Source: an uncultured bacterium (GTDB lineage: Bacteria > Hydrothermota > Hydrothermia > LBFQ01). Taken from it: a stretch of DNA of 60,124 bases. The notes beneath the pieces are model-generated. The model was not told the origin of the DNA. It searched no databases and saw only the letters and a list, made by a program, of their open reading frames with translations. Both the position numbers and the translations under genes were made by a program. Position 1 is the first letter of the stretch, and each line of letters opens with the position of its first letter. Below are positions 1 to 9,245 of the stretch, piece after piece. The stretch spans positions 1 through 60,124 of the forward strand of contig CAYYQD010000003.1 of assembly GCA_964473735.1 (NCBI GenBank). Direction: 5' to 3'.

Positions 1-2
1 GG

Positions 3-29
3 TGGGGATGTTTATCGCTTACGTTATGA
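3..29 (+). repeat. 27-nt direct repeat, copy 1 (TGGGgAtGTTTATCGcTTACGtTATGA)
   Basis: Matches 91..117 at 23 of 27 positions. It lies in non-coding DNA at the window edge. Confidence 0.45.
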
Positions 30-90
30 TCCGGGGTTCTGGATCTGATAGGCTACGGGCAGGCAAGACCCATTTGGGCAATGAGGAGAA

Positions 91-117
91 TGGGTAAGTT
101 TATCGTTTACGCTATGA
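91..117 (+). repeat. 27-nt direct repeat, copy 2 (TGGGtAaGTTTATCGtTTACGcTATGA)
   Basis: 88-nt period relative to copy 1. Confidence 0.45.
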
Positions 118-511
118 GAGGTTGGTACGTATATGCCCGGAGCGTAGGGCGGTGGGCTCTGGGTACGGCTGTAATGCTGTCTCCCCTGCGCTTTTCTAAG
201 TGGCTCCCATTGAAGCCTCAGGGGTTATACCTCAATGCAGAGGAGGGGGAGCATACATACGAGGAGTATATAAAGTCTGCCTTTTCCATTAAAGCCCATT
301 AAATTGGGTATTGCCGCAATAGCTTGAGTAGTAAATGCAAATTGAGAAACAACTCCAACACAACCGACACAAAAGTCCAGCGGTGTTTTTAATCCCCGAT
401 GACAAACACGAAGCAAAGGTCTTAGTAGCCGATTAAGGGACTTCCGGGAAAGCTTCCGAACGATCCCAATCTCCCACTAAGCCGGAATAATCTGCCTTCT
501 CTTCTCCCCTA

Positions 512-919
512 TCACTCCGGGTGCGTTGTTCCCTTCACAGTGGGGAAGATGGAGCGGAGGCTCTCCGGAGGGCGTATGGGTCTGAGATTTTTGTCGGTAA
601 AGGCGTGGACGGTTCTACCTTCGGCTATCCTCTCCCCGTCCCTGTAGACCACGTAGCTCACGAAGAGACGGGCCCCCTTTATGTGAGCACTCACCTCTAT
701 ATCAAGTAGGTCTTCAAAGCGGGCGGGTTTGAGGAAACGCACCCGGAGTTCAAGGAGTGGGAGGAGGATACCCTTCCTCTCCAGCTCCCCATAAGGCACC
801 CCCACGTGGCGCATGAACTCCACCCGCGCTTCCTCAAAGTACACGGCGTAGACGCTGTGATGGACTATCCCCATCTGGTCCGTCTCGGCGTACCTAACCC
901 TTACCCTGTGTTTGAACAT
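512..919 (-). CDS. acyl-CoA thioesterase, YbgC/4HBT hot-dog family
   Basis: 135-aa ORF. The N-terminus 'RVRYAETDQMGIVHHSVYAVYFEEAR' matches the YbgC/4-hydroxybenzoyl-CoA thioesterase signature. Its start overlaps the bactofilin gene end. Confidence 0.85.
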   Translation of the reverse strand: MFKHRVRVRYAETDQMGIVHHSVYAVYFEEARVEFMRHVGVPYGELERKGILLPLLELRVRFLKPARFEDLLDIEVSAHIKGARLFVSYVVYRDGERIAEGRTVHAFTDKNLRPIRPPESLRSIFPTVKGTTHPE

Positions 920-1268
920 CGTTGCTCTCCAGTGTTATCTTGCCCTCCACCTTTGCGCCCTCCTCAACTACGAGGACCTTGTACTGCAGGTCCCCGGAGA
1001 ACCTGCTCTCCTTCTTAAACTCCACCCTTCCGGCGGTTAGCCTCTCGGTGCGCACCTCCCCGGAGCATACGAAGGATCCAGCGGTTATGGTATCTGACGT
1101 GACCCTACCGTCCCTCTCAACTATGAGCTCCCCCTTTACCTCAACGTTCCCCTTTATCTCCCCTTCCACTATGGCGCTTCCGTTTACGGTTATCTCGCCG
1201 GTTATGGTCGTGCCCTTCCCGACGAACAGTTCAACGGCAGAGAAGTCCTCCTTCTTCTTTCTAAACAT
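894..1268 (-). CDS. bactofilin-type cytoskeletal protein
   Basis: 124 aa with a repetitive beta-helix pattern ('GTTITGEITVNGSAIVEGEIKGNVEVKGELIV...') typical of bactofilin/CcmA. A purine-rich GGGAAGGGG stretch lies directly upstream of the ATG. Confidence 0.85.
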   Translation of the reverse strand: MFRKKKEDFSAVELFVGKGTTITGEITVNGSAIVEGEIKGNVEVKGELIVERDGRVTSDTITAGSFVCSGEVRTERLTAGRVEFKKESRFSGDLQYKVLVVEEGAKVEGKITLESNDVQTQGKG

Positions 1269-1279
1269 ACCCCTTCCCT

Positions 1280-1744
1280 TTAGAGTAGCCCTTTACCACC
1301 GAAGGCGACCACCAGGCTGCCCGCGAAGGAGGAGAGCTTAGAGAGGAGTACGGTCTGCTCAACGGTTAGCCTGAAGGCGGGAACCGACATGGCGGCGTAC
1401 CCTAAGACTCCCGCAAACAGGGAGGACTCAACTAAGGCGAACAGGGCTCCTAAGATGGGGTCCAATCCACTCACGGAGAAGTTGAGCTTAAACATCGCCG
1501 TCAGGAACTGAATACCCTGATGGAGAACGAGGAAGACTATGAGAAAGGCCACCATCTTTCGGACGGAATCATCCTGAAGGAAGGAAAGCGTGGACGCCAC
1601 GGGGGAGGTGAAGAGGATACCACCCCACAGGGCCACTATCAGGGCTACGAGGGCCCAGAACTGTGTCCCGGCCTTTGATCGGAACCCCTGGTAGGTGCTA
1701 TAGAGTACGAAGATTACCACTACGATATCAATTGCCCATACCAT
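1280..1744 (-). CDS. CvpA-family integral membrane protein
   Basis: Multi-TM protein starting 'MVWAIDIVVVIFVLYSTYQGFRSK', which is CvpA-like. I moved the start from 1777 to ATG 1744 because a TAGAAT -10 lies at 1752..1757, 7 nt upstream. Confidence 0.7.
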   Translation of the reverse strand: MVWAIDIVVVIFVLYSTYQGFRSKAGTQFWALVALIVALWGGILFTSPVASTLSFLQDDSVRKMVAFLIVFLVLHQGIQFLTAMFKLNFSVSGLDPILGALFALVESSLFAGVLGYAAMSVPAFRLTVEQTVLLSKLSSFAGSLVVAFGGKGLL

Positions 1745-1751
1745 AGTGTCT

Positions 1752-1757
1752 ATTCTA
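1752..1757 (-). promoter_or_regulatory. -10 box TAGAAT, 7 nt before ATG 1744 (cvpA-like)
   Basis: The + strand reads attcta. There is no room for an SD. Confidence 0.55.
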
Positions 1758-2074
1758 CCCCCGAAACGGTCGCCCACCGTGGGAGATACCTATCCACCGT
1801 ACTTTATCGTGCAGCAACGGTTTGATACCGTACCGTTGAACGCTATGCCGGTTCAGGACTGCCACTTTGAGCATGCTATCTGCGAAATGGCGTGCAGGAG
1901 AAAGGAGTGGGACAATACACTCCCGGCGAGAGGGGTAAGGTTTGACTGGATCCGGGACCCCTGTACTTTGAGATGTCGTCCCTACAACCCCTATAGCGGA
2001 ACGATAAAACGTTGAGGACTATATTTTACATTGATCCGCTTATGGGACTTAAGCATCTGGGCAACCCCCGGGTG

Positions 2075-2080
2075 TATAAT
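2075..2080 (+). promoter_or_regulatory. -10 box TATAAT, 9 nt before ATG 2090
   Basis: gtgTATAATacttacaccATG. Confidence 0.5.
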
Positions 2081-2089
2081 ACTTACACC

Positions 2090-2620
2090 ATGTTGTGGTT
2101 AATGAACGCGATCGGTGGGGTTATACTCTCTCCGGCACCCCCCAAGAGGGCTGAAGAAGTTAAGGACGTCTGGGTCTCCTCACTTTTGCAGGTGAGGAGA
2201 GTTCCCGACTTTACCCTAACGGCGACGGGCGATCCCCACGGGTACGCCGTACATCTGTCCGGGACCTGGTCCGACCCCCAGGACGTACCCTCGGCCTACA
2301 TGCTGATCGGTACGGGGGACAGGTCCGACGTTCGCTCCGTGACCCTGTACGTCAGGGGTAAGGGCAAGTACAGGGTACAGGTGTTCCTCCAGAAGGGAGA
2401 CAGGCTCCACATGACCCAGAAGGTCGTTGAGGCTACGGATACGTGGGCTCCCATCACCATAAACACGACTAAGACGATAGAGGTGTTAGGTGGTCTGGCT
2501 GACCGTCCCGGCGTCTCCTTTCCCTTCAAGGTCGTCATCCTGCCGTACATGAACAAGGAGACCGGCGAGGCCAATAACGCGTTTGACCTTGACGTATCTC
2601 CGGTATTCGTACAGAGGTAG
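2090..2620 (+). CDS. hypothetical protein, probably exported
   Basis: The ORF track starts at TTG 2012. The in-frame ATG 2090 is preceded by TATAAT (2075..2080) at 9 nt. The N-terminus is 'MLWLMNAIGGVILS'. No recognisable domain. Confidence 0.45.
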   Translation: MLWLMNAIGGVILSPAPPKRAEEVKDVWVSSLLQVRRVPDFTLTATGDPHGYAVHLSGTWSDPQDVPSAYMLIGTGDRSDVRSVTLYVRGKGKYRVQVFLQKGDRLHMTQKVVEATDTWAPITINTTKTIEVLGGLADRPGVSFPFKVVILPYMNKETGEANNAFDLDVSPVFVQR

Positions 2621-2630
2621 GAGGTGAGAC

Positions 2631-4103
2631 ATGCTGTGGTTAGCCATACTTAGCGATGCTCCCTTCAACGCCAACGTGAAGGTGAGCAACTGGGACATAT
2701 CCACGGGGAAGGATCAGACCGAGGTCACCATGGCCAGATCCTCCAACTGGGTGGTGGCCAGCTGGATCAATCAGGACGTATCGGGCTACTACACGGTGAA
2801 TCAGCTCGCCGTAAGCGCCGATAAGGGATACACCTGGACACAGGTCGGGTACTACGCTCCGTCTAACTCCTCCTCGTGCTGGGTGGGGGATCCATCTCTG
2901 GCTGCTGACCCTAACAACCCCGACAAGTTCTACTGGGTGGGTATGGTATGGTGCGACTTCGGAAGCGGTGTGAAAGGGGAGGTATACTTCTGCACCAACA
3001 CCGGAACCCCCGACAACATCTCCAACTGGTCCTGCTCCATCCTGCCGCCCAACGACAGCTGGAACCACTTCAAGGACAAGCCGTGGATTCTCGCCCGGGA
3101 CAACGGGGGGAACACCGAGCTTCTGGTGGTCTTCACCGCCGACGGCTACGGCTCTACCTCTTTGAGCACCTACGAGATGCTAAGCGTTAAGAGTACGGAC
3201 GGTGGGGCCACGTGGCAGTCCCCCGTGAGGGTGGACCCCGGATACGCCAGCACGGTCGCCTTCACCTACTACGATGCGGCGAACGGCCTCGTCCATATGT
3301 CCGACAACTGTCTGTACTGCTATTCCGGATACGACGTGGTTATAGAATACACCAAATCTTCGGACTTCGGAAGTACGTGGAACTACGTCACGGGTGTCTT
3401 AGGTACCATACCCTCCGGAAAGTCGGCCAGCTGTCCGAACTTCAGCAGGCCGGTTAAGATCGCCGGTAGCATAGCCGGTGTGGGGAACAACGTAGCCATG
3501 GCGGCTACGGTGGATGCGAGCGGTAGCGGTGGAGACTCCTGCAGCATCCAGATAGCTTACTCCACGGACGGTGGCACTAACTGGAACGCCGTCGCCGATA
3601 CGACGGCCCAGTACATCCTGCCCTTCGTCACTACCGACGGTGCTAACTCCATATACGTCATGGCGCAGGGTAGGGTGGGATCCTCCGCCCCGTGGACCAC
3701 TGTCATGTTCTACTCCAGCGACTGGGGTAGTACGTGGAGCGCCGTAAGGGTATCCGACCACGACTACACGATGAACGAGAACCCCGCCGGACACGACTAC
3801 AACACCATACTCCACGACGGAGGAGACCTATTCGCCATCTGGGGGGACGACTACTACAACGAGGACGCCGGTGCCATCTACTTCGCCACCACGGCGGTTA
3901 TAACTCGCTACGCCGAGCTCCCCACGCTCAAGGAGAGGAAAGTGGCCGTGTATGATGGGGTCGTCTTCCTGAACGAGAAAGGGGACATATACGACGCTTC
4001 GGGTAGGGCTGTGATGCTCGGTGCCAGGGGGCGCGTATCCCTCTCACCCGGAGTGTATTTCATCCGTACCGGCTCTACCGTTAAAAAGGTGGTAGTACGA
4101 TAA
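2631..4103 (+). CDS. Asp-box (BNR) beta-propeller protein with T9SS-type C-terminal sorting domain
   Basis: Five S-x-D-x-G-x-T-W Asp-boxes (SADKGYTW, STDGGATW, SSDFGSTW, STDGGTNW, SSDWGSTW). C-terminal tail '...SLSPGVYFIRTGSTVKKVVVR'. GGAGGTGA Shine-Dalgarno (SD) sequence 5 nt before the ATG. Confidence 0.8.
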   Translation: MLWLAILSDAPFNANVKVSNWDISTGKDQTEVTMARSSNWVVASWINQDVSGYYTVNQLAVSADKGYTWTQVGYYAPSNSSSCWVGDPSLAADPNNPDKFYWVGMVWCDFGSGVKGEVYFCTNTGTPDNISNWSCSILPPNDSWNHFKDKPWILARDNGGNTELLVVFTADGYGSTSLSTYEMLSVKSTDGGATWQSPVRVDPGYASTVAFTYYDAANGLVHMSDNCLYCYSGYDVVIEYTKSSDFGSTWNYVTGVLGTIPSGKSASCPNFSRPVKIAGSIAGVGNNVAMAATVDASGSGGDSCSIQIAYSTDGGTNWNAVADTTAQYILPFVTTDGANSIYVMAQGRVGSSAPWTTVMFYSSDWGSTWSAVRVSDHDYTMNENPAGHDYNTILHDGGDLFAIWGDDYYNEDAGAIYFATTAVITRYAELPTLKERKVAVYDGVVFLNEKGDIYDASGRAVMLGARGRVSLSPGVYFIRTGSTVKKVVVR

Positions 4104-4125
4104 CGCTCTCGCATCGGATAGCGGA

Positions 4126-4150
4126 GGGGGGCGTACGCCCCCCTTTTTTA
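4126..4150 (+). terminator. rho-independent terminator after the 2631..4103 gene
   Basis: Perfect 8-bp GC stem ggggggcg-ta-cgcccccc followed by tttttta. Confidence 0.8.
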
Positions 4151-4318
4151 CTCCCATCGTCGTTTATTGTGTTGATATTTTGTCCGTGATGGGGGGAAGG
4201 ATTGAGTTTGCGATCGGAGGTGGAATCCAGCTTCTACTCCCATCTCCCACTCAGACCGCGGAATACAAACCCTTATCGGTTCTCCTTCCGCACCCCGAAG
4301 GGCCACCTACAGCACTTC

Positions 4319-5431
4319 CTACAGAACCTCCTCTAAGGGCGTGTATTCCAGCCCGAAAGCCTCGGCTACCGCCCTGTACGTTACCTTGCCCGCGACCAGA
4401 TTCACCCCTCGCGCCAGAGCCCTATCGCTCTTTACGGCCTCCTTCCATCCAAGGTCAGCCAGCTTTATGACGTAGGATAGGGTGGAGTTGGTGAGGGCGA
4501 AGGTGCTGGTGCGCGGTACGGCTCCGGGCATGTTAGCCACACAGTAATGTACCACGCCCTCGGCCACGAAGACGGGGTTGTCGTGGGTCGTGGGTCTTGA
4601 AAACTCGGAGATACCTCCCTGATCTATGGAGACGTCTACCAGCACGGCGCCTTCTTTCATATTGGCCAGAATATCTTTGGTTAGAAGTCTGGGGGCCCGG
4701 GCACCGGGGCGCAGAACCGCCCCTATCACTAAGTCGGCGTTCTTCACGGCTTCCCGGAGGGTGTATTCGGTGGAGAAGAGGGTCTTAACGTTGGCGGGTA
4801 TTATCTCCTCCGCGAGACGCATCTTCTGAACGTTTATGTCCATCAGAGTCACGTCCGCACCCATCCCGGCGGCCACCATCGTGGCACTCATCCCCACGGA
4901 CCCTGCCCCTATCACCACCACCTTGGCCGGAGGCACACCGGGAACGCCTCCGAGGAGGACCCCTATCCCACCGAAGGGCTTTTCAAGGTACTTTGCGCCC
5001 TCCTGCGGAGCCATCTTACCCGCTATCTCGCTCATGGGGGCCAGGAGAGGGAGGAAGCCGTCGTCCGTCTCCACCGTCTCGTAGGCGATACCCACTATCT
5101 TCCTCTCAATAAGTGCTTTAGTGAGGTTCTCGTCGGCGGCTAAGTGCAGGTAAGTGAAGAGGACCTGCCCCTCACGTAGTAGAGGGAACTCCTCCGGTTG
5201 GGGCTCCTTAACCTTGACTATCATCTCGGCCCTCTCGTACACCTCCTCAATGCTATCCACCAGCTCCGCCCCCGCACCCGCGTAATCCTCGTCCGTAATG
5301 CCCGCCCCCATACCGGCCGTCCTCTGCACTATCACCCTATGGCCGTGGCGGGTCAGCTCCCTGACCCCAGCCGGTGTCATGGCAACCCTGTACTCTTCCC
5401 TTTTGATCTCCTTCGGAACGCCTATTACCAT
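4319..5431 (-). CDS. ald: alanine dehydrogenase
   Basis: 'MVIGVPKEIKREEYRVAMTPAGV...' and the Rossmann motif 'VVVIGAGSVG' are typical of Ald. The ~370-aa length matches the family. The start is set at ATG 5431 (TAGAAT at 5440..5445, 8 nt upstream) rather than ORF-track 5536. Confidence 0.9.
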   Translation of the reverse strand: MVIGVPKEIKREEYRVAMTPAGVRELTRHGHRVIVQRTAGMGAGITDEDYAGAGAELVDSIEEVYERAEMIVKVKEPQPEEFPLLREGQVLFTYLHLAADENLTKALIERKIVGIAYETVETDDGFLPLLAPMSEIAGKMAPQEGAKYLEKPFGGIGVLLGGVPGVPPAKVVVIGAGSVGMSATMVAAGMGADVTLMDINVQKMRLAEEIIPANVKTLFSTEYTLREAVKNADLVIGAVLRPGARAPRLLTKDILANMKEGAVLVDVSIDQGGISEFSRPTTHDNPVFVAEGVVHYCVANMPGAVPRTSTFALTNSTLSYVIKLADLGWKEAVKSDRALARGVNLVAGKVTYRAVAEAFGLEYTPLEEVL

Positions 5432-5439
5432 AGGGTTCC

Positions 5440-5445
5440 ATTCTA
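5440..5445 (-). promoter_or_regulatory. -10 box TAGAAT, 8 nt before ATG 5431 (ald)
   Basis: The minus strand reads cTTTAGAATggaaccctATG. Confidence 0.6.
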
Positions 5446-5493
5446 AAGGTGGGCGGGTGTTCCTACCGACACTATACGGCCAATTTTGTGGGC

Positions 5494-6996
5494 TTAGACC
5501 ATACCCCTCGTTCTGCGTATCACCCACTCCGCCCACGCAAGGAGCACGACCACGACGAAGAGGGGGAGGATTGAGGACAGGCTGAACCTCCTCCCACCCT
5601 TCTCCCGCATACCCATAACGGCGGCCTCCGTACCGCGAAAAACCTCTCCACCCGATACGGACGCCAGACTTTTCAGGAGCGTCGTATCCGTACCCACGTA
5701 GATCCTCTCCGCCGGTACGCTCCTCAGGTTTATTTTAATAGTCTCGGAGGCGACCTTTACCCCCCTGCGGAATATATCCACGGTGAAGACGGTATCCCCC
5801 GCTTTGAGCCTGTGGGTGTAGGTGTAAAACGACGAGATATTGACGGCCTTACCACCGTTTACGGAGACGGCCATGGGGAAGGGAGGATAGACGTTTATGC
5901 GGAGCATCTCCCCGACGGCGTACACGGGTTTATCGGAGAAGACCTCGTAATCTCTGACTACGAACTCCCTCAGGTAATCCAGAAACCTGTCGTAGGATGT
6001 GGGATCGGCCAACCACACCTTCCAGATGTCCGGCGAGAGTACGAACAGAGCGTTTCCCTTAGAGGCGATAAGTGGGAAGTTCCCCACCCTCTCATAGACC
6101 CTGTCCCACTTAACGTCCGGCAGGTATATCTCCCTGATGGGTGGCACGTCTCCTTTAACGTAGAACGTGCCGCGGGCCACTTTGAGACCGCTCCGGGGAC
6201 CCAGAACGTAGAGGGAGGGGGTACGGGTGTGGAAGGTGTCAAACGGCGGGTCCACGAAGACCGTAAAGGGGTACCTGACCTTTACCTTTACAGTGTCGCG
6301 CACGAGCCTCACGGTGGCATCTGTCAGGAACCACCGTAGAAACCTGACGATCGGGGTCGGGGTCCATACCAGTATCCCCACCCCACCGGCTTCTTTGCCG
6401 AATATCCGAAATTGGAGGGTATCGCTGCGGGTAAGTATCCGTGCCCTCTCCTCTCGTCCGGTCACCTTTACCCTGAACCGAGCTCTGTCCGTGGCGTACG
6501 CGATCTGTCTCTTATCGCCGTAAATGAGCGCGACCGTATCGTTAAGGGGGGCAGAGAACTCCACTATCAGGTCGCTCTCTTTACCTACGGGTGCCGGGTT
6601 TCGCATGCGCACGTGCGTTATCTTGGCGGGAACGGAGCCTTTAGGAGGGAGTAAGACGCTGACCTCCCTGTCGTAGGCGGCGGATAGGGGGTCGCCCCCG
6701 GCGTTGTGCATGCCGTCGGAGACCAGTAATATCGGAGGATTCGCACCTTTGAGAGCGCCGTATATGTCCGTTAAGGTGTCCGAACCGAAGTACGAGACCC
6801 TAAAACCCTCCTTACGGAACCTGCGAGATATGGACTCCAGACGCTTTTCTCCGAATACCATACGGGAGCTGTAGGACCTATCTATCAGGACGGTAGGTCT
6901 TCCGGGAAACCTGAAGCTCACGTTAGCGAGGAGCAGGATAGCCAAGAGCACCCAGAGGAACCTTAAAACATGTACGAGATTCCGCAACCTCCCCAT
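5494..6996 (-). CDS. membrane-anchored vWA-like protein (D-x-S-x-S MIDAS-type motif)
   Basis: N- and C-terminal TM segments. 'VLIDRSYSS' is a MIDAS-like motif, followed by 'ILLVSDGMHN'. ATG 6996 overlaps the -10 hexamer, so in-frame TTG 6987 is an alternative start. Confidence 0.55.
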   Translation of the reverse strand: MGRLRNLVHVLRFLWVLLAILLLANVSFRFPGRPTVLIDRSYSSRMVFGEKRLESISRRFRKEGFRVSYFGSDTLTDIYGALKGANPPILLVSDGMHNAGGDPLSAAYDREVSVLLPPKGSVPAKITHVRMRNPAPVGKESDLIVEFSAPLNDTVALIYGDKRQIAYATDRARFRVKVTGREERARILTRSDTLQFRIFGKEAGGVGILVWTPTPIVRFLRWFLTDATVRLVRDTVKVKVRYPFTVFVDPPFDTFHTRTPSLYVLGPRSGLKVARGTFYVKGDVPPIREIYLPDVKWDRVYERVGNFPLIASKGNALFVLSPDIWKVWLADPTSYDRFLDYLREFVVRDYEVFSDKPVYAVGEMLRINVYPPFPMAVSVNGGKAVNISSFYTYTHRLKAGDTVFTVDIFRRGVKVASETIKINLRSVPAERIYVGTDTTLLKSLASVSGGEVFRGTEAAVMGMREKGGRRFSLSSILPLFVVVVLLAWAEWVIRRTRGMV

Positions 6997-7000
6997 TCTA
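6995..7000 (-). promoter_or_regulatory. -10 box TAGAAT overlapping ATG 6996; 7 nt before TTG 6987
   Basis: The minus strand reads ccgTAGAATGgggaggTTG. Confidence 0.45.
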
Positions 7001-7006
7001 CGGTGG

Positions 7007-7420
7007 CTATACGATGGTCAGGTCCCTCTCCTTCACCCTCTGGTAGGCGAAGGATATTACGGCCACGGCCACCGTGGTGTATAAGGCCTCATGGAGGTCT
7101 ACCCTAACTCCCCAGATCAGGGCACGCAGGAGCAGGTCAAGGCCGTATATGAGAAGGACGGTAGCGGTCAGGATTATCCAGTGGGGCCTCACCCGGTTTA
7201 TCAGTATTACCCCGACGGTCATCAGTAGGGCGGAGTACCACGGTTTGCTCAAAAAGAGGGCATCCCTCACTAAACCTATGGCCACGTAGGTGGCCAGGGC
7301 GAAGGGGCGGTTGGTCTCCCTTGTCAGGACGAAACCTAAATAGGCGAAATCAAGGGGGACTTTTATCGTTGAGTACAGGGCGTTCAGTACGACTAAGAGA
7401 ACGAGGGCAGCGTAGATCAT
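7007..7420 (-). CDS. small polytopic membrane protein (MreD-like topology, uncertain)
   Basis: 137 aa with 4-5 hydrophobic helices. It overlaps the lipA stop by 4 nt. No diagnostic motif. Confidence 0.45.
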   Translation of the reverse strand: MIYAALVLLVVLNALYSTIKVPLDFAYLGFVLTRETNRPFALATYVAIGLVRDALFLSKPWYSALLMTVGVILINRVRPHWIILTATVLLIYGLDLLLRALIWGVRVDLHEALYTTVAVAVISFAYQRVKERDLTIV

Positions 7421-8292
7421 AGGTTACGGGTTGCACCGGCGAAGACCTTATCCGCCCGATAGGAGGACCTGACCAGAGGTCCGGAGAAGACCTCCTTGAA
7501 ACCCAGAGAGTACCCTATCTCCCTGTATTCGGCGAAGACCTCGGGGCTTACGTACTCATGGACGGGGTAATGGCGGGGTGTCGGTTGAAGGTACTGGCCG
7601 ATCGTCAGGATATCCACCCCCACCTCCCTCAGGTCCTCCATCGTCTCAACGACCTCCTCCTTACGCTCTCCCATACCCACCATTATGCTGGACTTGGTAA
7701 GGACGTCCGGTCGCACCTCCCTGGCGTACTTCAGGACCATCAGGGATAGGTCGTAGGAGGCCCTCCTATCCCTGACGTAGGGTGTCAGGCGGCGGACGGT
7801 CTCAACGTTGTGGGCAAAGACGTCCAGAGGTGAGAGGACCACCTCCTCTATGGCCTCCTCCTTTCCCTGAAAGTCGCCGACCAGAGCCTCTACTTTAACG
7901 TCGGGCCTGATTCCCTTTATACGGCGAACGGTCTCGGCCACGTGAGAGGCCCCACCGTCGGGAAGGTCGTCCCTATCAACCATAGTTAGGACCACGTACC
8001 GCAGGTTTAAGCGTCTGACTGCGGCCGCCACCCTCACCGGCTCTAAGGGGTCCACCTTGCCGCCGGGGTTCCCCGTTTTCACGGCGCAGAACCTACACCC
8101 CCTCGTACATACGTCCCCTAAGATCATTATGGTGGCCGTACCGTGGAACCAGCACTCGTGGAGGTTGGGGCATCTGGCCTCCTCGCATACGGTGTGAAGG
8201 CCGTACTCCCGCAGGGTACCCCTGACCTCCGGGAAGTCCCCCCCACCGGAGAGCCTTATCTTCAACCATTCGGGCTTTCGCTTCAATCTCAC
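7417..8292 (-). CDS. lipA: lipoyl synthase
   Basis: Both LipA Fe-S cluster motifs are present: '[12 protein letters not shown]' and the radical-SAM 'CTRGCRFC'. Confidence 0.95.
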   Translation of the reverse strand: MRLKRKPEWLKIRLSGGGDFPEVRGTLREYGLHTVCEEARCPNLHECWFHGTATIMILGDVCTRGCRFCAVKTGNPGGKVDPLEPVRVAAAVRRLNLRYVVLTMVDRDDLPDGGASHVAETVRRIKGIRPDVKVEALVGDFQGKEEAIEEVVLSPLDVFAHNVETVRRLTPYVRDRRASYDLSLMVLKYAREVRPDVLTKSSIMVGMGERKEEVVETMEDLREVGVDILTIGQYLQPTPRHYPVHEYVSPEVFAEYREIGYSLGFKEVFSGPLVRSSYRADKVFAGATRNL

Positions 8293-9245
8293 TTCACCAT
8301 CTCCCTTATTCTGGCCTTTATACCCTCGTGGTCAAGGCCGTAGTACCTGTAGAGCTCGGCGTACTTACCGGACCTACCGAACCGGTCCCCGACGTTTATG
8401 AAGCGGACGGGCACGGATATACCCCGGCTGGCCAGGAAGGAGGAGACGGCCATACCCAGGCCTCCCCAGAATACGTGGTCCTCTACGATGAGGATCCCGT
8501 ACCTCTTCCGGGCGGCGTCAAGCACGGCCTCCTCGTCAAAAGGTTTCACGCTCAGGAAGTCGTACACCGCAACGGATACCCCCTCCCCCTCTAAGTCAAG
8601 GGCAGCCTTCAGGGCGTGATGGACGGGAAGGCCTGTGGCTATTACGGACACGTCCTCACCGTCCTTCAGGAGGTTGGCCTCGCCGATGGAGTAGGGGAAC
8701 TCCTCGGGATATACGGTGGGGGTCTTGGGACGCACCAGCCTAACGTACGCGTACCCCTCGTACCCGTACACGGCCCGGAGGACGCTCTTCGCCGAGTAGT
8801 AATCGGAGGGAGAGAGGACCTTCATCCCCGGTATGGCCCCCATCAGGGCGAAGTCCTCCGTCATCTGGTGGGAGGCCCCATCCTCACCCGTGGCTATGCC
8901 TCCGTGGGTGGCCACCACCTTTACGTTGAAGTTGGAGTAGGCCACGGATAACCTTATCTGCTCCCACGGCCTTCCGGCGGCGAATATGGCGAAGGTGGAG
9001 GTGAAGGGGATCTTCCCGACGGCGGCGAGGCCGGCGGCCATCCCTATCATGTTCTGCTCCTGAATCCCTATCTCCACGTACCTCTCGGGGTACCTCTCGG
9101 CGAACCTGGCCGCCTTCGTGGAGTGCCCTAAGTCGCAGTCTATGACCACCACCCGCTCGTCCTCCCCGACCTCAAGGAGGAAGTCCCCGTAGGCCTCCCT
9201 TATCGCCCTGGCGGGACCTAATTCTTTGACCTCGTACCTCTTCAT
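8289..9245 (-). CDS. transketolase, C-terminal (pyrimidine-binding) subunit
   Basis: 318 aa. '[41 protein letters not shown]' is typical of split transketolase subunit B. No N-terminal subunit gene is adjacent. Confidence 0.85.
   Translation of the reverse strand: MKRYEVKELGPARAIREAYGDFLLEVGEDERVVVIDCDLGHSTKAARFAERYPERYVEIGIQEQNMIGMAAGLAAVGKIPFTSTFAIFAAGRPWEQIRLSVAYSNFNVKVVATHGGIATGEDGASHQMTEDFALMGAIPGMKVLSPSDYYSAKSVLRAVYGYEGYAYVRLVRPKTPTVYPEEFPYSIGEANLLKDGEDVSVIATGLPVHHALKAALDLEGEGVSVAVYDFLSVKPFDEEAVLDAARKRYGILIVEDHVFWGGLGMAVSSFLASRGISVPVRFINVGDRFGRSGKYAELYRYYGLDHEGIKARIREMVK

Noticed and set aside
321-414. CRISPR-like strings: '...ATTGAGAAAC' (ending at 350) and 'GTTTTTAATCCCCGATGACAAACACGAAGC' (384..414), separated by a ~34-nt 'spacer'.
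   Set aside because: The two putative repeats do not match each other. Neither recurs in the window and no cas genes are present. This is a chance resemblance to CRISPR repeat termini.
5432-5536. A 35-aa N-terminal extension of alanine dehydrogenase.
   Set aside because: The extension has no Ald homology. The canonical 'MVIGVPKEIK' start has a TAGAAT 8 nt upstream, and that -10 lies inside the extension.
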